From Clostridiaceae bacterium (GTDB lineage Bacteria > Bacillota > Clostridia > Acetivibrionales > DULL01): a stretch of 64,000 nt of DNA. Below, in pieces: positions 38,968 through 48,642 of the stretch. Each line of letters opens with the position of its first letter. The first letter of the stretch is position 1. The stretch lies in assembly GCA_012840395.1 (NCBI GenBank), contig DULL01000110.1, forward strand, positions 10,002 through 74,001, given 5' to 3'. The position numbers were made by a program, and so were the translations under genes. Under the pieces are notes generated by a model. It was not told where the DNA came from. It saw only the letters and a list, made by a program, of their open reading frames with translations, and made no database searches.

Positions 38968-39112
38968 ATGGATGAGCGCTACTTTTTGAAGATATTTGCA
39001 TTAATGCAGACAAATAATTTTGTGAACAATACAATGCTGAATACATAATATATCATATACCTGTTGTTTTTTTATCTAAAAAATACTGAGTTTATCCAGG
39101 AGGAAAAAGGAT

Positions 39113-40261
39113 ATGGTCTATTTGGATAATGCTGCAACGTCATTCCCCAAGCCTGAAGAAGTATATACTGCCATAGATAAATGTTTAAGAGAGTTTTGTG
39201 CAAATCCGGGGAGAGGAGGGCACAGGATGGCTTTGGCATCAGCCAGGGCTGTTATGGAAGCCAGAGAAGAAATATCTCAATTCTTCAACATAGATGATCC
39301 TTTAAGAATATGCTTTACAAAGAATGCTACTGAAGCCTTAAATATTGCTATAAAATCATTCCTTTCGGCCGGAGACCATGTAATTACCACCTGCATGGAG
39401 CATAATTCGGTTATAAGGCCGCTGAAAGGTCTGGAAAAAGATAAAGGTATAGAATTGACTATATTGGAAGAAGATGACCCCTATGGGCTGATCAGTCCGG
39501 AGGCTTTTAGAAAAGCTATAAAAGAAAATACGAAATTGATAATATCTACCCTCTCTTCCAATGTTAATGGCATAATCATGCCTGTAAAAGAAATAGGGAG
39601 AATAGCAAGAGAACATAATATTGTATTTTTATTGGACGCTTCTCAGGGTGCAGGGACAATTGGCATTGACGTAAAGGAAATGAATATTGATTTGCTTGCT
39701 TTTCCAGGACATAAAGGACTCCTTGGCCCCCAAGGAACAGGAGGACTTTATGTAAGACAGGGACTCTCAGTTAAGACTCTTCTTGAAGGTGGAACGGGGA
39801 GCAGTTCAATTAAGCTTATACAACCTCAGGATATGCCTGATTATCTGGAAAGTGGAACATTAAACACCCCTGGCATTATAGGGCTTGGTGCTGGTATTAG
39901 GTTTATTAGGAGGCTAGGTATTGATTATATAAGATCTCATAAAAATAATCTGGTCAAAAATCTTGTTAATGGTATAAAAGATATTAAAGGGATAAAGTTG
40001 TACAGCAGCGATGATTACGAAAATAATTCCGGTATTGTTGCTCTTAATATCGGGAATGTTAATTCAAACCAGGTAAGTTATGAACTTGATAAGAATTTTG
40101 ATATTGCGACAAGAGGAGGTCTCCATTGTTCACCACTTGCCCATAAAAAACTTGCAACACTGGAACAAGGAATTGTAAGGTTAAGTGTAGGAGTATTCAA
40201 TACAGTAGAGGAAATAAAATATACAATAAATGCTTTGAAAAGAATATCTGAACTGATTTAA
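39113..40261 (+). CDS. Class V aminotransferase-fold PLP enzyme, cysteine desulfurase family
   Basis: PLP-lysine context FPGHKGLLGPQG and catalytic-cysteine context RGGLHCSPLAH. 382 aa. No adjacent iscU/sufU or thiI. Confidence 0.8.
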   Translation: MVYLDNAATSFPKPEEVYTAIDKCLREFCANPGRGGHRMALASARAVMEAREEISQFFNIDDPLRICFTKNATEALNIAIKSFLSAGDHVITTCMEHNSVIRPLKGLEKDKGIELTILEEDDPYGLISPEAFRKAIKENTKLIISTLSSNVNGIIMPVKEIGRIAREHNIVFLLDASQGAGTIGIDVKEMNIDLLAFPGHKGLLGPQGTGGLYVRQGLSVKTLLEGGTGSSSIKLIQPQDMPDYLESGTLNTPGIIGLGAGIRFIRRLGIDYIRSHKNNLVKNLVNGIKDIKGIKLYSSDDYENNSGIVALNIGNVNSNQVSYELDKNFDIATRGGLHCSPLAHKKLATLEQGIVRLSVGVFNTVEEIKYTINALKRISELI

Positions 40262-40345
40262 CTTAGCGTAGTGAAGATTAACCTAGATTGAATTAGTCTA
40301 GACCAGTTTAATTATTGTTTTTATGTTTTTTGAATGTTGTCAGTC

Positions 40346-40374
40346 TTTACAAAAACTATCCTATGTGCTATAAT
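40346..40374 (+). promoter_or_regulatory. Sigma-A promoter for tRNA-Pro (TTTACA-17-TATAAT with TG extension)
   Basis: TTTACA at 40346-40351, TGc, and TATAAT at 40369-40374, 12 nt upstream of the tRNA 5' end. Confidence 0.6.
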
Positions 40375-40386
40375 TTAAATTCGTTA

Positions 40387-40464
40387 CGGGGTGTAGCTCA
40401 GTTTGGCTAGAGTGCTTGCTTGGGGTGCAAGAGGTCGCTGGTTCAAGTCCAGTCACTCCGACCA
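40387..40464 (+). tRNA. tRNA-Pro (anticodon GGG), CCA encoded
   Basis: Manual cloverleaf: acceptor cggggtg/cactccg, D arm gctc/gagt, anticodon stem cttgc/gcaag with loop ttGGGgt, T arm gctgg-ttcaagt-ccagt, then discriminator a and cca. Confidence 0.9.
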
Positions 40465-40468
40465 TATT

Positions 40469-40512
40469 AAAGACAAGGGTTTAAAAGATTAAATCTTTGT
40501 CTTTTTTTATTT
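40469..40512 (+). terminator. Rho-independent terminator after tRNA-Pro
   Basis: aaagacaag...ctttgtcttt hairpin followed by ttttatttttatt. Confidence 0.7.
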
Positions 40513-40689
40513 TTATTCAAATTAATTCGAAAAATCCATATAAAATCCATAGTGAGTCTAATAGAATCCAGAAACTATATTCAGAATATTTTATTTACAA
40601 ATTATGAATAATATATATGATTCAAATACTATAAAACCATCAGAGAAAGAAATCACCATTATTTATCAATTATGGGAGAAGAGAATGCT

Positions 40690-42828
40690 ATGCCTGTAAT
40701 TAAAAAGTTTCTTAAAAAATATTTACTTTTTAGCGAACCGGATAACGCCGATGATTTTTCCATGGGTGAGTCCCTGGAGGAAATAAGCAGATATGACAGA
40801 AGCTCAATAAGCAAAAAGAATAAAGACTCCAGGGGGAAAATTGAAAAACAGGATTATGTTAACCGAAGCCCGGATACTGATTCGGATCAAAAAGAAAAGG
40901 CAGAGGGTAAAGAGGAAGAATCTGATACAAAAAAGAGAATGATTCCATTGAAAACTATTAAAGAGCCAGATATAAAGCTTTCTTATTATAGCACAAAAAA
41001 TAATACAGAAAATAATTATCTTAAAACCGGAAAAGAAAATGATAATGGTGAAACGGAAAAAACAAAGCCTGCAGGAGATGAAGCTAATTCAGGTGAAAAA
41101 ATAAAAGAAGGCAAGAATAAAGATGAAAATAAACAAAATGACAAAAAGAATCATAATAAAGAAGATGCCGGCAAAAATGCTTCTGGTAAAAAAAATGAAG
41201 ACGAAAAAAATGAAGATAAAGAAAATGGAGAGGAAAGCAGTAAAGAAAAAAGTAGGGGATATGACAAAAACCAGGCCGAAAGTGAAACTGAAATTAGTAA
41301 AAATTTAAGTGAAAACCTTAATTTCATTAAAAAAGTGTATAGTATACCCACTAATAGCGATATTGTACTGAGGGAATTCGAAATAGCATTAAAAGAAGAA
41401 ACTGTTAAAGCTTTTGCTATTTTTTTTGATGGAATGGTTGATAGAATGGTAATTAACATGGCTATACTTGAGCCATTAATGTTGCTGTCAAATTTGCCTG
41501 TTAAGGGCAGCGATAAAGATATTACGGAATATATAATGAAACATCTTATGCCTCATACTCAACTAAAAGTAACAAAGAAATACGGCGATGTTATAAAAGA
41601 AGTAAATTTCGGAGGCTGCGGAGTTTTTATAGATGGTTTTGGTGTTGCTATTGCAGCTGATACTAAAGGTTGGGAGCACAGAGGAGTAGACAGGCCAAAT
41701 ACTGAACTTGTAATCAGGGGACCTCAGGAAGGATTTACTGAACTATTGAGGGTTAATACCGCTTTGCTAAGAAAAATACTTAAAGATAGTGATTTAATCG
41801 CAGAGAGCATAAATATTGGCCTGAGGAGTCAGACTTCATGCGCCATGATGTATATTAAAGATATTGCAAATGATGGTCTGGTGGATGAAGTAAGAAAAAG
41901 ACTTAAAAGCATAAAAACTGATTATATATTTGACTCAGGTGAATTAGAACAATATATAGAGGATAGTGCTTTTTTCCCCATGCCTCAGGTAATTGCCACC
42001 GAAAGGCCTGACAGGGTTGCTTCTCTGCTTGCGGAAGGAAGAGTTGCTATAATAGTGGACGGGAGCCCGTTTGTACTTGTTGTGCCCGCTACGTTTGCAA
42101 CCTTGCTTCATTCCCCTGAAGACATTTACTCCAGATTTCCCTATGGAAATTTTCACAAGATAATTAGATTGCTTGCAATTTTTCTATCAATATTTCTCCC
42201 GGGATTATATATTGCAATAACCAATTATCATCAGGAAATGATACCAACCGATTTATTGCTGGCAATAGCTGCCTCAAGGGAAAAAGTCCCTTTCCCTTCT
42301 GTATTAGAAATTTTGATTATGGAAATTTCTTTTGAACTTATAAGGGAGGCAGGTATAAGAATTCCGGGACCGATTGGTCCAACATTAGGCATAATAGGAG
42401 CTTTAATACTTGGACAGGCAGCGGTTGCTGCAAATATTGTCAGCCCTATTCTAATTATTATAGTAGCTGTTACAGGAATAGGGTCCTTTGGGGTACCTAA
42501 CTTTTCTTCCGCCTTTTCTTTTAGAATTACGCGTTTTTTTTATATAATTCTTGGATCCATGGCAGGATTTTTAGGCATTACGGTAGGACTCTTCATTCAT
42601 TTTATCTGGCTTGTGAGCTTTAATTCATTTGGAATTCCATTTATGGTACCTTTTGCTCCAAGAACTGTAAAAACATCACATGAGTCTTTCACAAGAAGGC
42701 CTGTTTGGAAACAGGAGAGAAGGCCGGATTATTTAAATCCAAAAGATATATACAGTCAGCCTGAAAAAAGCAGGGGATGGGTAAGATCAAATTCTAAAGG
42801 TGAAAGGGCAGATAAAGATGAAAAATAG
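40690..42828 (+). CDS. Spore germinant receptor subunit A (GerA/GerKA family) with long low-complexity N-terminal extension
   Basis: The conserved GerA core starts around NLNFIKKVYSIPTNSDIVLREF and includes the C-terminal 5-6 TM region. It is preceded by ~200 aa of K/E/D/N-rich sequence. ATG 40690 (SD GGGAGAAGAG) is preferred over ATG 40672. Confidence 0.88.
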   Translation: MPVIKKFLKKYLLFSEPDNADDFSMGESLEEISRYDRSSISKKNKDSRGKIEKQDYVNRSPDTDSDQKEKAEGKEEESDTKKRMIPLKTIKEPDIKLSYYSTKNNTENNYLKTGKENDNGETEKTKPAGDEANSGEKIKEGKNKDENKQNDKKNHNKEDAGKNASGKKNEDEKNEDKENGEESSKEKSRGYDKNQAESETEISKNLSENLNFIKKVYSIPTNSDIVLREFEIALKEETVKAFAIFFDGMVDRMVINMAILEPLMLLSNLPVKGSDKDITEYIMKHLMPHTQLKVTKKYGDVIKEVNFGGCGVFIDGFGVAIAADTKGWEHRGVDRPNTELVIRGPQEGFTELLRVNTALLRKILKDSDLIAESINIGLRSQTSCAMMYIKDIANDGLVDEVRKRLKSIKTDYIFDSGELEQYIEDSAFFPMPQVIATERPDRVASLLAEGRVAIIVDGSPFVLVVPATFATLLHSPEDIYSRFPYGNFHKIIRLLAIFLSIFLPGLYIAITNYHQEMIPTDLLLAIAASREKVPFPSVLEILIMEISFELIREAGIRIPGPIGPTLGIIGALILGQAAVAANIVSPILIIIVAVTGIGSFGVPNFSSAFSFRITRFFYIILGSMAGFLGITVGLFIHFIWLVSFNSFGIPFMVPFAPRTVKTSHESFTRRPVWKQERRPDYLNPKDIYSQPEKSRGWVRSNSKGERADKDEK

Positions 42829-43939
42829 ATTGAAATTTGGTGTATTTGAAGGCGCCAGCTTCATATTAGTTGCTTTATGTACACAGGTTTTTCTTAATTT
42901 TCCCAGGATAATGCTGGAGGATGCGGGTACCGCTGGATGGATGCTTGCTGTGTACATATCTTTAATTGTATATATCCTGGTGATTATAATAACCAGGCTT
43001 TATTCACCTTTTGGAGGCATGGACTTAATTGATATAGCAGAAGCTGCAGGAGGCAAAATAACCAAAGTATTGGTAGGTATTATAATTACAATACATTTTG
43101 TATCTATATTGGCACTTGTATTAAGAGAATTTAGTGAAGACTTGAAAATCATAGCTCTTCAAGTATCACCAATAAGCTATGTAACAGCATTCTTTGCTAT
43201 TGGCATGTTAATAGGAGCTTACGCTGGTATAGTGCCAATAGTACGGTTATGTACATTAGCAGTACCGGTTATCACTTTGGGATATTTAATCATCATCATC
43301 GGAATGTTCCCATATTATGACATAACCAGGATTCTGCCTTTATTTGGTAATGGCCTGAAAAATATATTTATTAATGGAATTCAAAGAATATCAAATTATT
43401 CAGGATTAATTGCCTTATTCATAATTGCACCATTTCTTAAAACTAAAGAGAACTTGAATAAAGTAGCCTATATAGGTACTGCTATGGCAGCGGTTGTATT
43501 AATAATATCTACATTTGTTTATTCAATAGTAGTACCTTATCCTATTTCCATTGTAGAATTCTTACCGATATACCATCTTGCAAGAATATTCTATTTTGGA
43601 CTGTTTTTCCAAAGAATTGAATCAATATTTATTATCATATGGGTTATGGCAGCATTGCTTTATTTAAGTGCAGGGCTGTATATGTTAGCTCATATTTTCA
43701 GAAAAACCTTTAATCTGAGATATTATAAGCCTCTATTGATGCCATTTACTATAATACTATTCACTTTAAGCCTTATGCCTCAAAATCTTTTATCTACAAT
43801 TGATATAGAAACCCAATACTTCAGAAGATATGCATGGATGGTAACATTTGCAATGGTAATTCTGTTGCTTATTATAGCCAGAATGAGAATAAAATCAGGA
43901 TCAGTAAGAAATAAAAAAGTGATAAGAGAGAAAAAATAG
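42818..43939 (+). CDS. Spore germinant receptor subunit B (GerAB/APC-superfamily permease)
   Basis: About 10 TM segments. Typical N-terminus (FEGASFILVAL..). Overlaps the end of the A-subunit gene. Confidence 0.88.
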   Translation: MKNRLKFGVFEGASFILVALCTQVFLNFPRIMLEDAGTAGWMLAVYISLIVYILVIIITRLYSPFGGMDLIDIAEAAGGKITKVLVGIIITIHFVSILALVLREFSEDLKIIALQVSPISYVTAFFAIGMLIGAYAGIVPIVRLCTLAVPVITLGYLIIIIGMFPYYDITRILPLFGNGLKNIFINGIQRISNYSGLIALFIIAPFLKTKENLNKVAYIGTAMAAVVLIISTFVYSIVVPYPISIVEFLPIYHLARIFYFGLFFQRIESIFIIIWVMAALLYLSAGLYMLAHIFRKTFNLRYYKPLLMPFTIILFTLSLMPQNLLSTIDIETQYFRRYAWMVTFAMVILLLIIARMRIKSGSVRNKKVIREKK

Positions 43940-43990
43940 TTTGAGTTTGCTAAATATTTGCAGAATGTTTATTAAGGAGTAAGTAATAAT

Positions 43991-45301
43991 ATGAAAAAAA
44001 CAACATTTATTAAAACAATTGGTTTAATAATAGTTTTAATCATGTTTTCTGTAATTTTTTCTGGTTGTTTTGACAGAAGAGAAGTTGATGAACTGGCTTA
44101 TGTAATGGCACTGGGTTTAGATAAAGGAACTACTAACAAAATAAGAATGACTTTACAAATAGCTGTACCTAAATCAATTTCTGGAGGCGGAACTGGTGGA
44201 GAAGGTGGTGGAGGTGGAAAATCGTACATTATAACAACTCTTGAGGTGCCGGCTATTTATTCAGGATTAAATATGGCAAATAGCTATATAGGGCGGGAAA
44301 TTGATGTATCTCATGCGAAAGTTATAATTTTTTCAGAGGAACTGGCAAGAGAAGGAATAATGAGGTATATCCATGCTCTTATGAGAGGTAAGGAATTCAG
44401 AGGTAATATATATATGGCCGTTTCCAGAGGTTCTGCTGAAGAATATATAAGAAATGTTGATCCGAAATTGGAGATAAGTCCCGCCAGATATTATGAGATG
44501 ATATTCAGAGGGCATAAACATACAGGTTTTGGAACCAATACCCAGCTTATATCTTTCTATAACAGAGCTGAATCTACAACAGGGGAAGCTGTGATGATAA
44601 TGGCTGGAGTTTCTAAATATGAAGATTCAGATGAATTTTCACTTGAAGAGTCTACTTATGAAGAAAAGGGAAGACCTAACCCCTTTGAAGGTGATTATAT
44701 GGCAGGAGATATGCCTAAAGTCGGTGAATTGAAATCAGAATTAATGGGGCTGGCAGTCTTTGATGGATGGAGAATGGTAGGAGAATTAGATGGTGAGGAA
44801 GCCTTGTATTATCTAATGGTAACAGGAGAATATGGTGAATCTTTTATAACTGTTCAGGATCCTATTGTAGAAGAACACGTTGTGATTCTGAGTACCAGGC
44901 AAAATGAAAAACCTTTTTATAAAGTAGAAATAGTAAATGGCAATCCTTTAATAAGTTTAAAAATTTATCTTGAAGCAGATATTATTTCAATTCAAAGCGG
45001 CTTTAATTATGAAAGTACTGGAAACCTTCCTATATTAGAAAAAACTGCAGAAGAGCAGATAAAACAGGGAATAATAAGGCTGCTTAAAAAAACAGCAGAA
45101 GAAATGAAATGTGATATATTTCATTTTGGAAAACTGCTAAAGATTAAGTTTCTTACATGGGAGGAATGGAAGAAATTCGGGTGGCTGGATAGATATAAAG
45201 ACGCTTTATTTGATGTTGAAGTATCTTTAAAAATCAGAAGACCTGGATTAATGATTAGATCTATTCCAGGACAGGCCTCGGAAGAAAGGGAGCTGAACTG
45301 A
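43991..45301 (+). CDS. Spore germinant receptor subunit C (GerAC-type lipoprotein)
   Basis: Lipobox FSGC followed by FDRREVDELAYVMALGLDKG, typical of Ger(x)C. 436 aa. Confidence 0.88.
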   Translation: MKKTTFIKTIGLIIVLIMFSVIFSGCFDRREVDELAYVMALGLDKGTTNKIRMTLQIAVPKSISGGGTGGEGGGGGKSYIITTLEVPAIYSGLNMANSYIGREIDVSHAKVIIFSEELAREGIMRYIHALMRGKEFRGNIYMAVSRGSAEEYIRNVDPKLEISPARYYEMIFRGHKHTGFGTNTQLISFYNRAESTTGEAVMIMAGVSKYEDSDEFSLEESTYEEKGRPNPFEGDYMAGDMPKVGELKSELMGLAVFDGWRMVGELDGEEALYYLMVTGEYGESFITVQDPIVEEHVVILSTRQNEKPFYKVEIVNGNPLISLKIYLEADIISIQSGFNYESTGNLPILEKTAEEQIKQGIIRLLKKTAEEMKCDIFHFGKLLKIKFLTWEEWKKFGWLDRYKDALFDVEVSLKIRRPGLMIRSIPGQASEERELN

Positions 45302-45302
45302 T

Positions 45303-45482
45303 TTGACATTTGGAAGGTTTTTAGCCATTATTCTTATACTCGGGGTATTTGTTCATACTGTAAGTTTTGGAGCATGGAACTGGAAAAAAAATAAGAATAA
45401 ATTTGGTGCTGTCATTGTAATGTTACTGGCATTGATTTCATTAATAATGCCTATATTTATAATGCTATTTAGGGTTAGATAA
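45303..45482 (+). CDS. Small two-TM membrane protein, candidate germinant-receptor D-type accessory subunit
   Basis: 59 codons, below the track cutoff. TTG start 2 nt after the gerC stop, with GGGAG 12 nt upstream. Translation LTFGRFLAIILILGVFVHTVSFGAWNWKKNKNKFGAVIVMLLALISLIMPIFIMLFRVR gives two hydrophobic helices joined by a basic loop. Confidence 0.55.
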   Translation: MTFGRFLAIILILGVFVHTVSFGAWNWKKNKNKFGAVIVMLLALISLIMPIFIMLFRVR

Positions 45483-45644
45483 ATATAAAAGTATAATATC
45501 CTTTGGTAGTCTTACTAATATTGGATGGGTATTAAATACTTTAAGGTTATGCAGAATGTTTCCTTTAACTGATTTTGATGATAAAATAGGTATCAGCATG
45601 CATCAGTTAGGTACAGACAAATTTATTAAGGGAGGTTCTGCATA

Positions 45645-46280
45645 ATGAAGGCAGTTATTTTTGATGTTGATGGTACAATACTTGATACAGAAAGGATATA
45701 TATCTGGGCATGGCAGAAAGCAGCTGCTGAAATGGGTTTTACGTTAACGATGGATACTCTGATGAAAACCAGGGCTATTCCATCTGACAAAGCCAGATTA
45801 ATAATGGAAGAGGCAATTCCTGGCTTCCCCTTTGAAGAAGTGAGAAAAGAACGTGTTCGCCTGGCTGAAGAGGAATTTGAAAAAAATGGAATTCTTATAA
45901 AACCCGGTTTCCATACTCTCATGGCTGTTATTAAAGAAAAAAATTTTCCATGTGCTGTAGCCTCTTCTACAGCCAGGGATAAGACCATACATCATTTGAA
46001 TATTGCCGGTATAATAGACAGATTTGGTGCAATCGTGGGAGGGGATGAGGTTGAAAATGGAAAGCCGTCACCGGATATTTTCCTGAAAGCCGCAGAGAAA
46101 CTTGGAGTCAGACCTGAAGACTGCATTGTCATTGAGGACAGCAAAGCTGGACTTAAAGGGGCAAAAGCTGCAGGTATGCTTCCTGTTATGGTACCTGATA
46201 TAGTAAAACCTGATGAGGAAATCCGTTCGATTGCGGCATATATATTTGAAAACCTTGAAGAGGTTTCTGAAATTCTATGA
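45645..46280 (+). CDS. HAD-IA family hydrolase (beta-phosphoglucomutase/phosphatase-like)
   Basis: Motif I FDVDGT, motif II SST, and motifs III-IV K...EDSKAG. 211 aa. Confidence 0.85.
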   Translation: MKAVIFDVDGTILDTERIYIWAWQKAAAEMGFTLTMDTLMKTRAIPSDKARLIMEEAIPGFPFEEVRKERVRLAEEEFEKNGILIKPGFHTLMAVIKEKNFPCAVASSTARDKTIHHLNIAGIIDRFGAIVGGDEVENGKPSPDIFLKAAEKLGVRPEDCIVIEDSKAGLKGAKAAGMLPVMVPDIVKPDEEIRSIAAYIFENLEEVSEIL

Positions 46281-46350
46281 TGATTGGGTATTATTATAAG
46301 TATTCTTTCAGAAAAAGTTGACGAGCATGTTAAAATTCAGGTTAAATAAA

Positions 46351-46387
46351 ATAAAAAAAGTATCAAAGCTTTAAAGCTTTGATACTT
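46351..46387 (-). terminator. Rho-independent terminator after tRNA-Trp
   Basis: Palindromic hairpin agtatcaaagct-ttaa-agctttgatact with a T-run on the minus strand (A-run at 46353-46359 on the plus strand). Confidence 0.75.
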
Positions 46388-46388
46388 C

Positions 46389-46464
46389 TGGCAGGGGCAG
46401 CAGGACTTGAACCCGCAGCCAACGGTTTTGGAGACCGCTACTCTACCAATTGAGCTATACCCCT
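46389..46464 (-). tRNA. tRNA-Trp (anticodon CCA), CCA end encoded
   Basis: Reverse complement reads aggggtatagctcaattggtagagtagcggtctCCAaaaccgttggctgcgggttcaagtcctgctgcccctgcca. Acceptor, D, anticodon (loop ctCCAaa) and T arms all pair. Confidence 0.9.
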
Positions 46465-46480
46465 TCAAGTGACATTAAAA

Positions 46481-46510
46481 AGTATACTATACCGGATTGT
46501 AGATTGTCAA
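46481..46510 (-). promoter_or_regulatory. Sigma-A promoter for tRNA-Trp (TTGACA-18-TATACT, minus strand)
   Basis: The reverse complement of 46505-46510 is TTGACA and of 46481-46486 is TATACT, about 16 nt upstream of the tRNA 5' end. Confidence 0.55.
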
Positions 46511-46681
46511 TAGGATGAATTTCAATTTTCTTTGGCCAATATTTAGATCTTATGTAGATTTTTCCTGTTATTATGATATTATAGGAAATAGTTATAGCAA
46601 ATAAAACATTAAGGTATAATTGTAAAATATAACAGGTTTAAAATAAAGTACAACCTTTTTGCGTCAGATAGGAGTGAAAGC

Positions 46682-47491
46682 ATGTCAATTACTTTGGGCC
46701 TTATTGGATCGGGAAATATGGGATCCGCATTAATAAAAGGAATTATAGCTTCAAAGATACTTGAAGCAGAAAAAATATACGTATCAGATATAGACAGAAA
46801 TAAATCTTCTAAATTATGTGAAGAAACAGGTGTCAATCTGTTAAATAGCAATTCAGAAGTAATAGATAAATCAAGTATTATTGTTCTCGCGGTTAAACCA
46901 AAGACTGTTGAAGCAGCACTTATGGACTGCAAACACAAGTTTAGTCCTGAGAAAATACTGGTATCAGTTGCTGCAGGAGTTCCTATTAAACGTTATAAAG
47001 AAATTTTAGGAAAGGATAAAAAAATAATAAGGGCAATGCCGAATACTCCTGCTCTTGTCAGGGAGGGAATGACTTTACTTTCTCCCTGCAGTGAAATTAA
47101 AGAGGAAGAATTAAAAACTGTCAGGGATTTATTTAACTGTGTAGGAAAAACAGAAATTTTAAACGAAAATCTTATGTGTGAAGTAATTGCCCTTACATCC
47201 AGCAGTCCTGCCTATGTTTTTATGCTTATTGAGGCTATGGCTGACGGAGCGGTATTGTCAGGTATACCCCGTGAGCTTTCATACAAATTGGCTGCCCAGG
47301 CAGTTTTAGGTTCTGCCAGGATGGTTCTTGAAACCTCCCAGCATCCCGGAGTACTTAAAGATCAGGTATGCTCCCCTGCGGGTACTACTATAGAGGCTGT
47401 AGCAAAACTTGAAGAGTATGCCTTCAGATCTTCAATCATTGAAGCAATGAGAGAATGTACCAGAAGGGCACGGGAATTGGAAAACTCATGA
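46682..47491 (+). CDS. proC: Pyrroline-5-carboxylate reductase
   Basis: N-terminal [15 protein letters not shown] Rossmann motif and conserved C-terminal SPAGTTIEA motif. Confidence 0.93.
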   Translation: MSITLGLIGSGNMGSALIKGIIASKILEAEKIYVSDIDRNKSSKLCEETGVNLLNSNSEVIDKSSIIVLAVKPKTVEAALMDCKHKFSPEKILVSVAAGVPIKRYKEILGKDKKIIRAMPNTPALVREGMTLLSPCSEIKEEELKTVRDLFNCVGKTEILNENLMCEVIALTSSSPAYVFMLIEAMADGAVLSGIPRELSYKLAAQAVLGSARMVLETSQHPGVLKDQVCSPAGTTIEAVAKLEEYAFRSSIIEAMRECTRRARELENS

Positions 47492-47931
47492 AAAAAGTAA
47501 CTATTTATACCGACGGCGCTTGTTCAGGAAATCCTGGAGCCGGAGGCTGGGGAGCAATATTAAAATATGGAGAACATGAAAAAGAAATTTCAGGTTTTAA
47601 AGATAATACAACTAACAATCAAATGGAACTGCTAGCAGCGGTGGAAGCACTTAAATGCCTGAAGTTTCCCTGTGAGGTTGAGTTATATAGCGATAGTTCC
47701 TATTTGATTAATGGGTTCACTGAAAAATGGTTGGATAAATGGAAAGCAAATGGATGGAAAACATCATCCAAAGATGATGTAAAAAATGTAGAATTATGGA
47801 TGGAGCTTGACAGGCTGAATAAAATACATAACATAAAGTGGATAAAAGTAAAAGGACATGCCGATAATGAGTATAATAACAGATGTGATAAACTTGCTAC
47901 AAACGAAATATCAAAAAACCGCAATAAATAG
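47488..47931 (+). CDS. rnhA: Ribonuclease HI
   Basis: [25 protein letters not shown]..., with the DEDD residues in context ([22 protein letters not shown]). The ATG overlaps the proC stop (ATGA). Confidence 0.92.
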   Translation: MKKVTIYTDGACSGNPGAGGWGAILKYGEHEKEISGFKDNTTNNQMELLAAVEALKCLKFPCEVELYSDSSYLINGFTEKWLDKWKANGWKTSSKDDVKNVELWMELDRLNKIHNIKWIKVKGHADNEYNNRCDKLATNEISKNRNK

Positions 47932-48000
47932 TTTATAGTAATTTTTTTTGTATGTACTGCATAGTATTCATAGTAAAGAGGTTTATGAAGGAGTAAAGCT

Positions 48001-48642
48001 TTGTTGTACAGAATACAGGAAGTAATTGCAGTACATATAAAGAACTATTCTAACAGATACATAATGCTTATAATGGCTCTAGTTACAGGTATTTCAGCAG
48101 GAGCTTTTACTGTAAACGGGTTAAGTGCAATACAAAGGGAAGAACTTACAAATTATATACATGGATTTCTTAGTCTTATGGATAATCAGGTTATTGATAG
48201 TAATGAGCTCCTGAGGCTGGCAATGTTGGAGAATGCAAAAATTGTCCTGATTTTATGGACTTTGGGTGTCATGATAATTGGCATACCATTTATTTTTGCT
48301 GTCATTGGTATTAAAGGTTTCATTGTCGGATTCAGTTCAGGTATTATTATCAAAACTCTGGGATTTAAAGGTATTTTGTTTTCACTATTTGCTTTACTTC
48401 CGAAAGAAGTTCTGATATTACCTGCATTAATTGCTATCGGAGTAAATGGAATGAACTTTTCTATAAACATTATTAAAAATAAGTCGATAAAACATATGTT
48501 TAAAGAAAATCTTAAAGCAGATTTTTTTGCCTATTGTTTTGTTACTTTATTTTTTTCGTTATTTATAGTATTGGGCACCTTGGTGGAAGCTTACATAACC
48601 CCGGTACTGATTAGAATAATATCACCAATATTTACTAAATAA
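48001..48642 (+). CDS. spoIIM: Stage II sporulation protein M
   Basis: 213 aa with about 5 TM segments. Typical SpoIIM pattern (IHGFLSLM...; PKEVLILPAL). TTG start 7 nt after AAGGAG. Confidence 0.8.
   Translation: MLYRIQEVIAVHIKNYSNRYIMLIMALVTGISAGAFTVNGLSAIQREELTNYIHGFLSLMDNQVIDSNELLRLAMLENAKIVLILWTLGVMIIGIPFIFAVIGIKGFIVGFSSGIIIKTLGFKGILFSLFALLPKEVLILPALIAIGVNGMNFSINIIKNKSIKHMFKENLKADFFAYCFVTLFFSLFIVLGTLVEAYITPVLIRIISPIFTK

Noticed and set aside
38997-39008. Perfect 12-bp palindrome tgcattaatgca upstream of the cysteine-desulfurase-family gene.
   Set aside because: Palindromes with 6-bp arms are expected about two dozen times by chance in 64 kb of AT-rich DNA, and no second copy or known consensus supports it.
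40600-40660. Sigma-G/F-type forespore promoter upstream of the ger operon (TGAATA ... AATACTA).
   Set aside because: The two elements are only ~14 nt apart, against the 17-18 nt required by the consensus, so I could not support a call.
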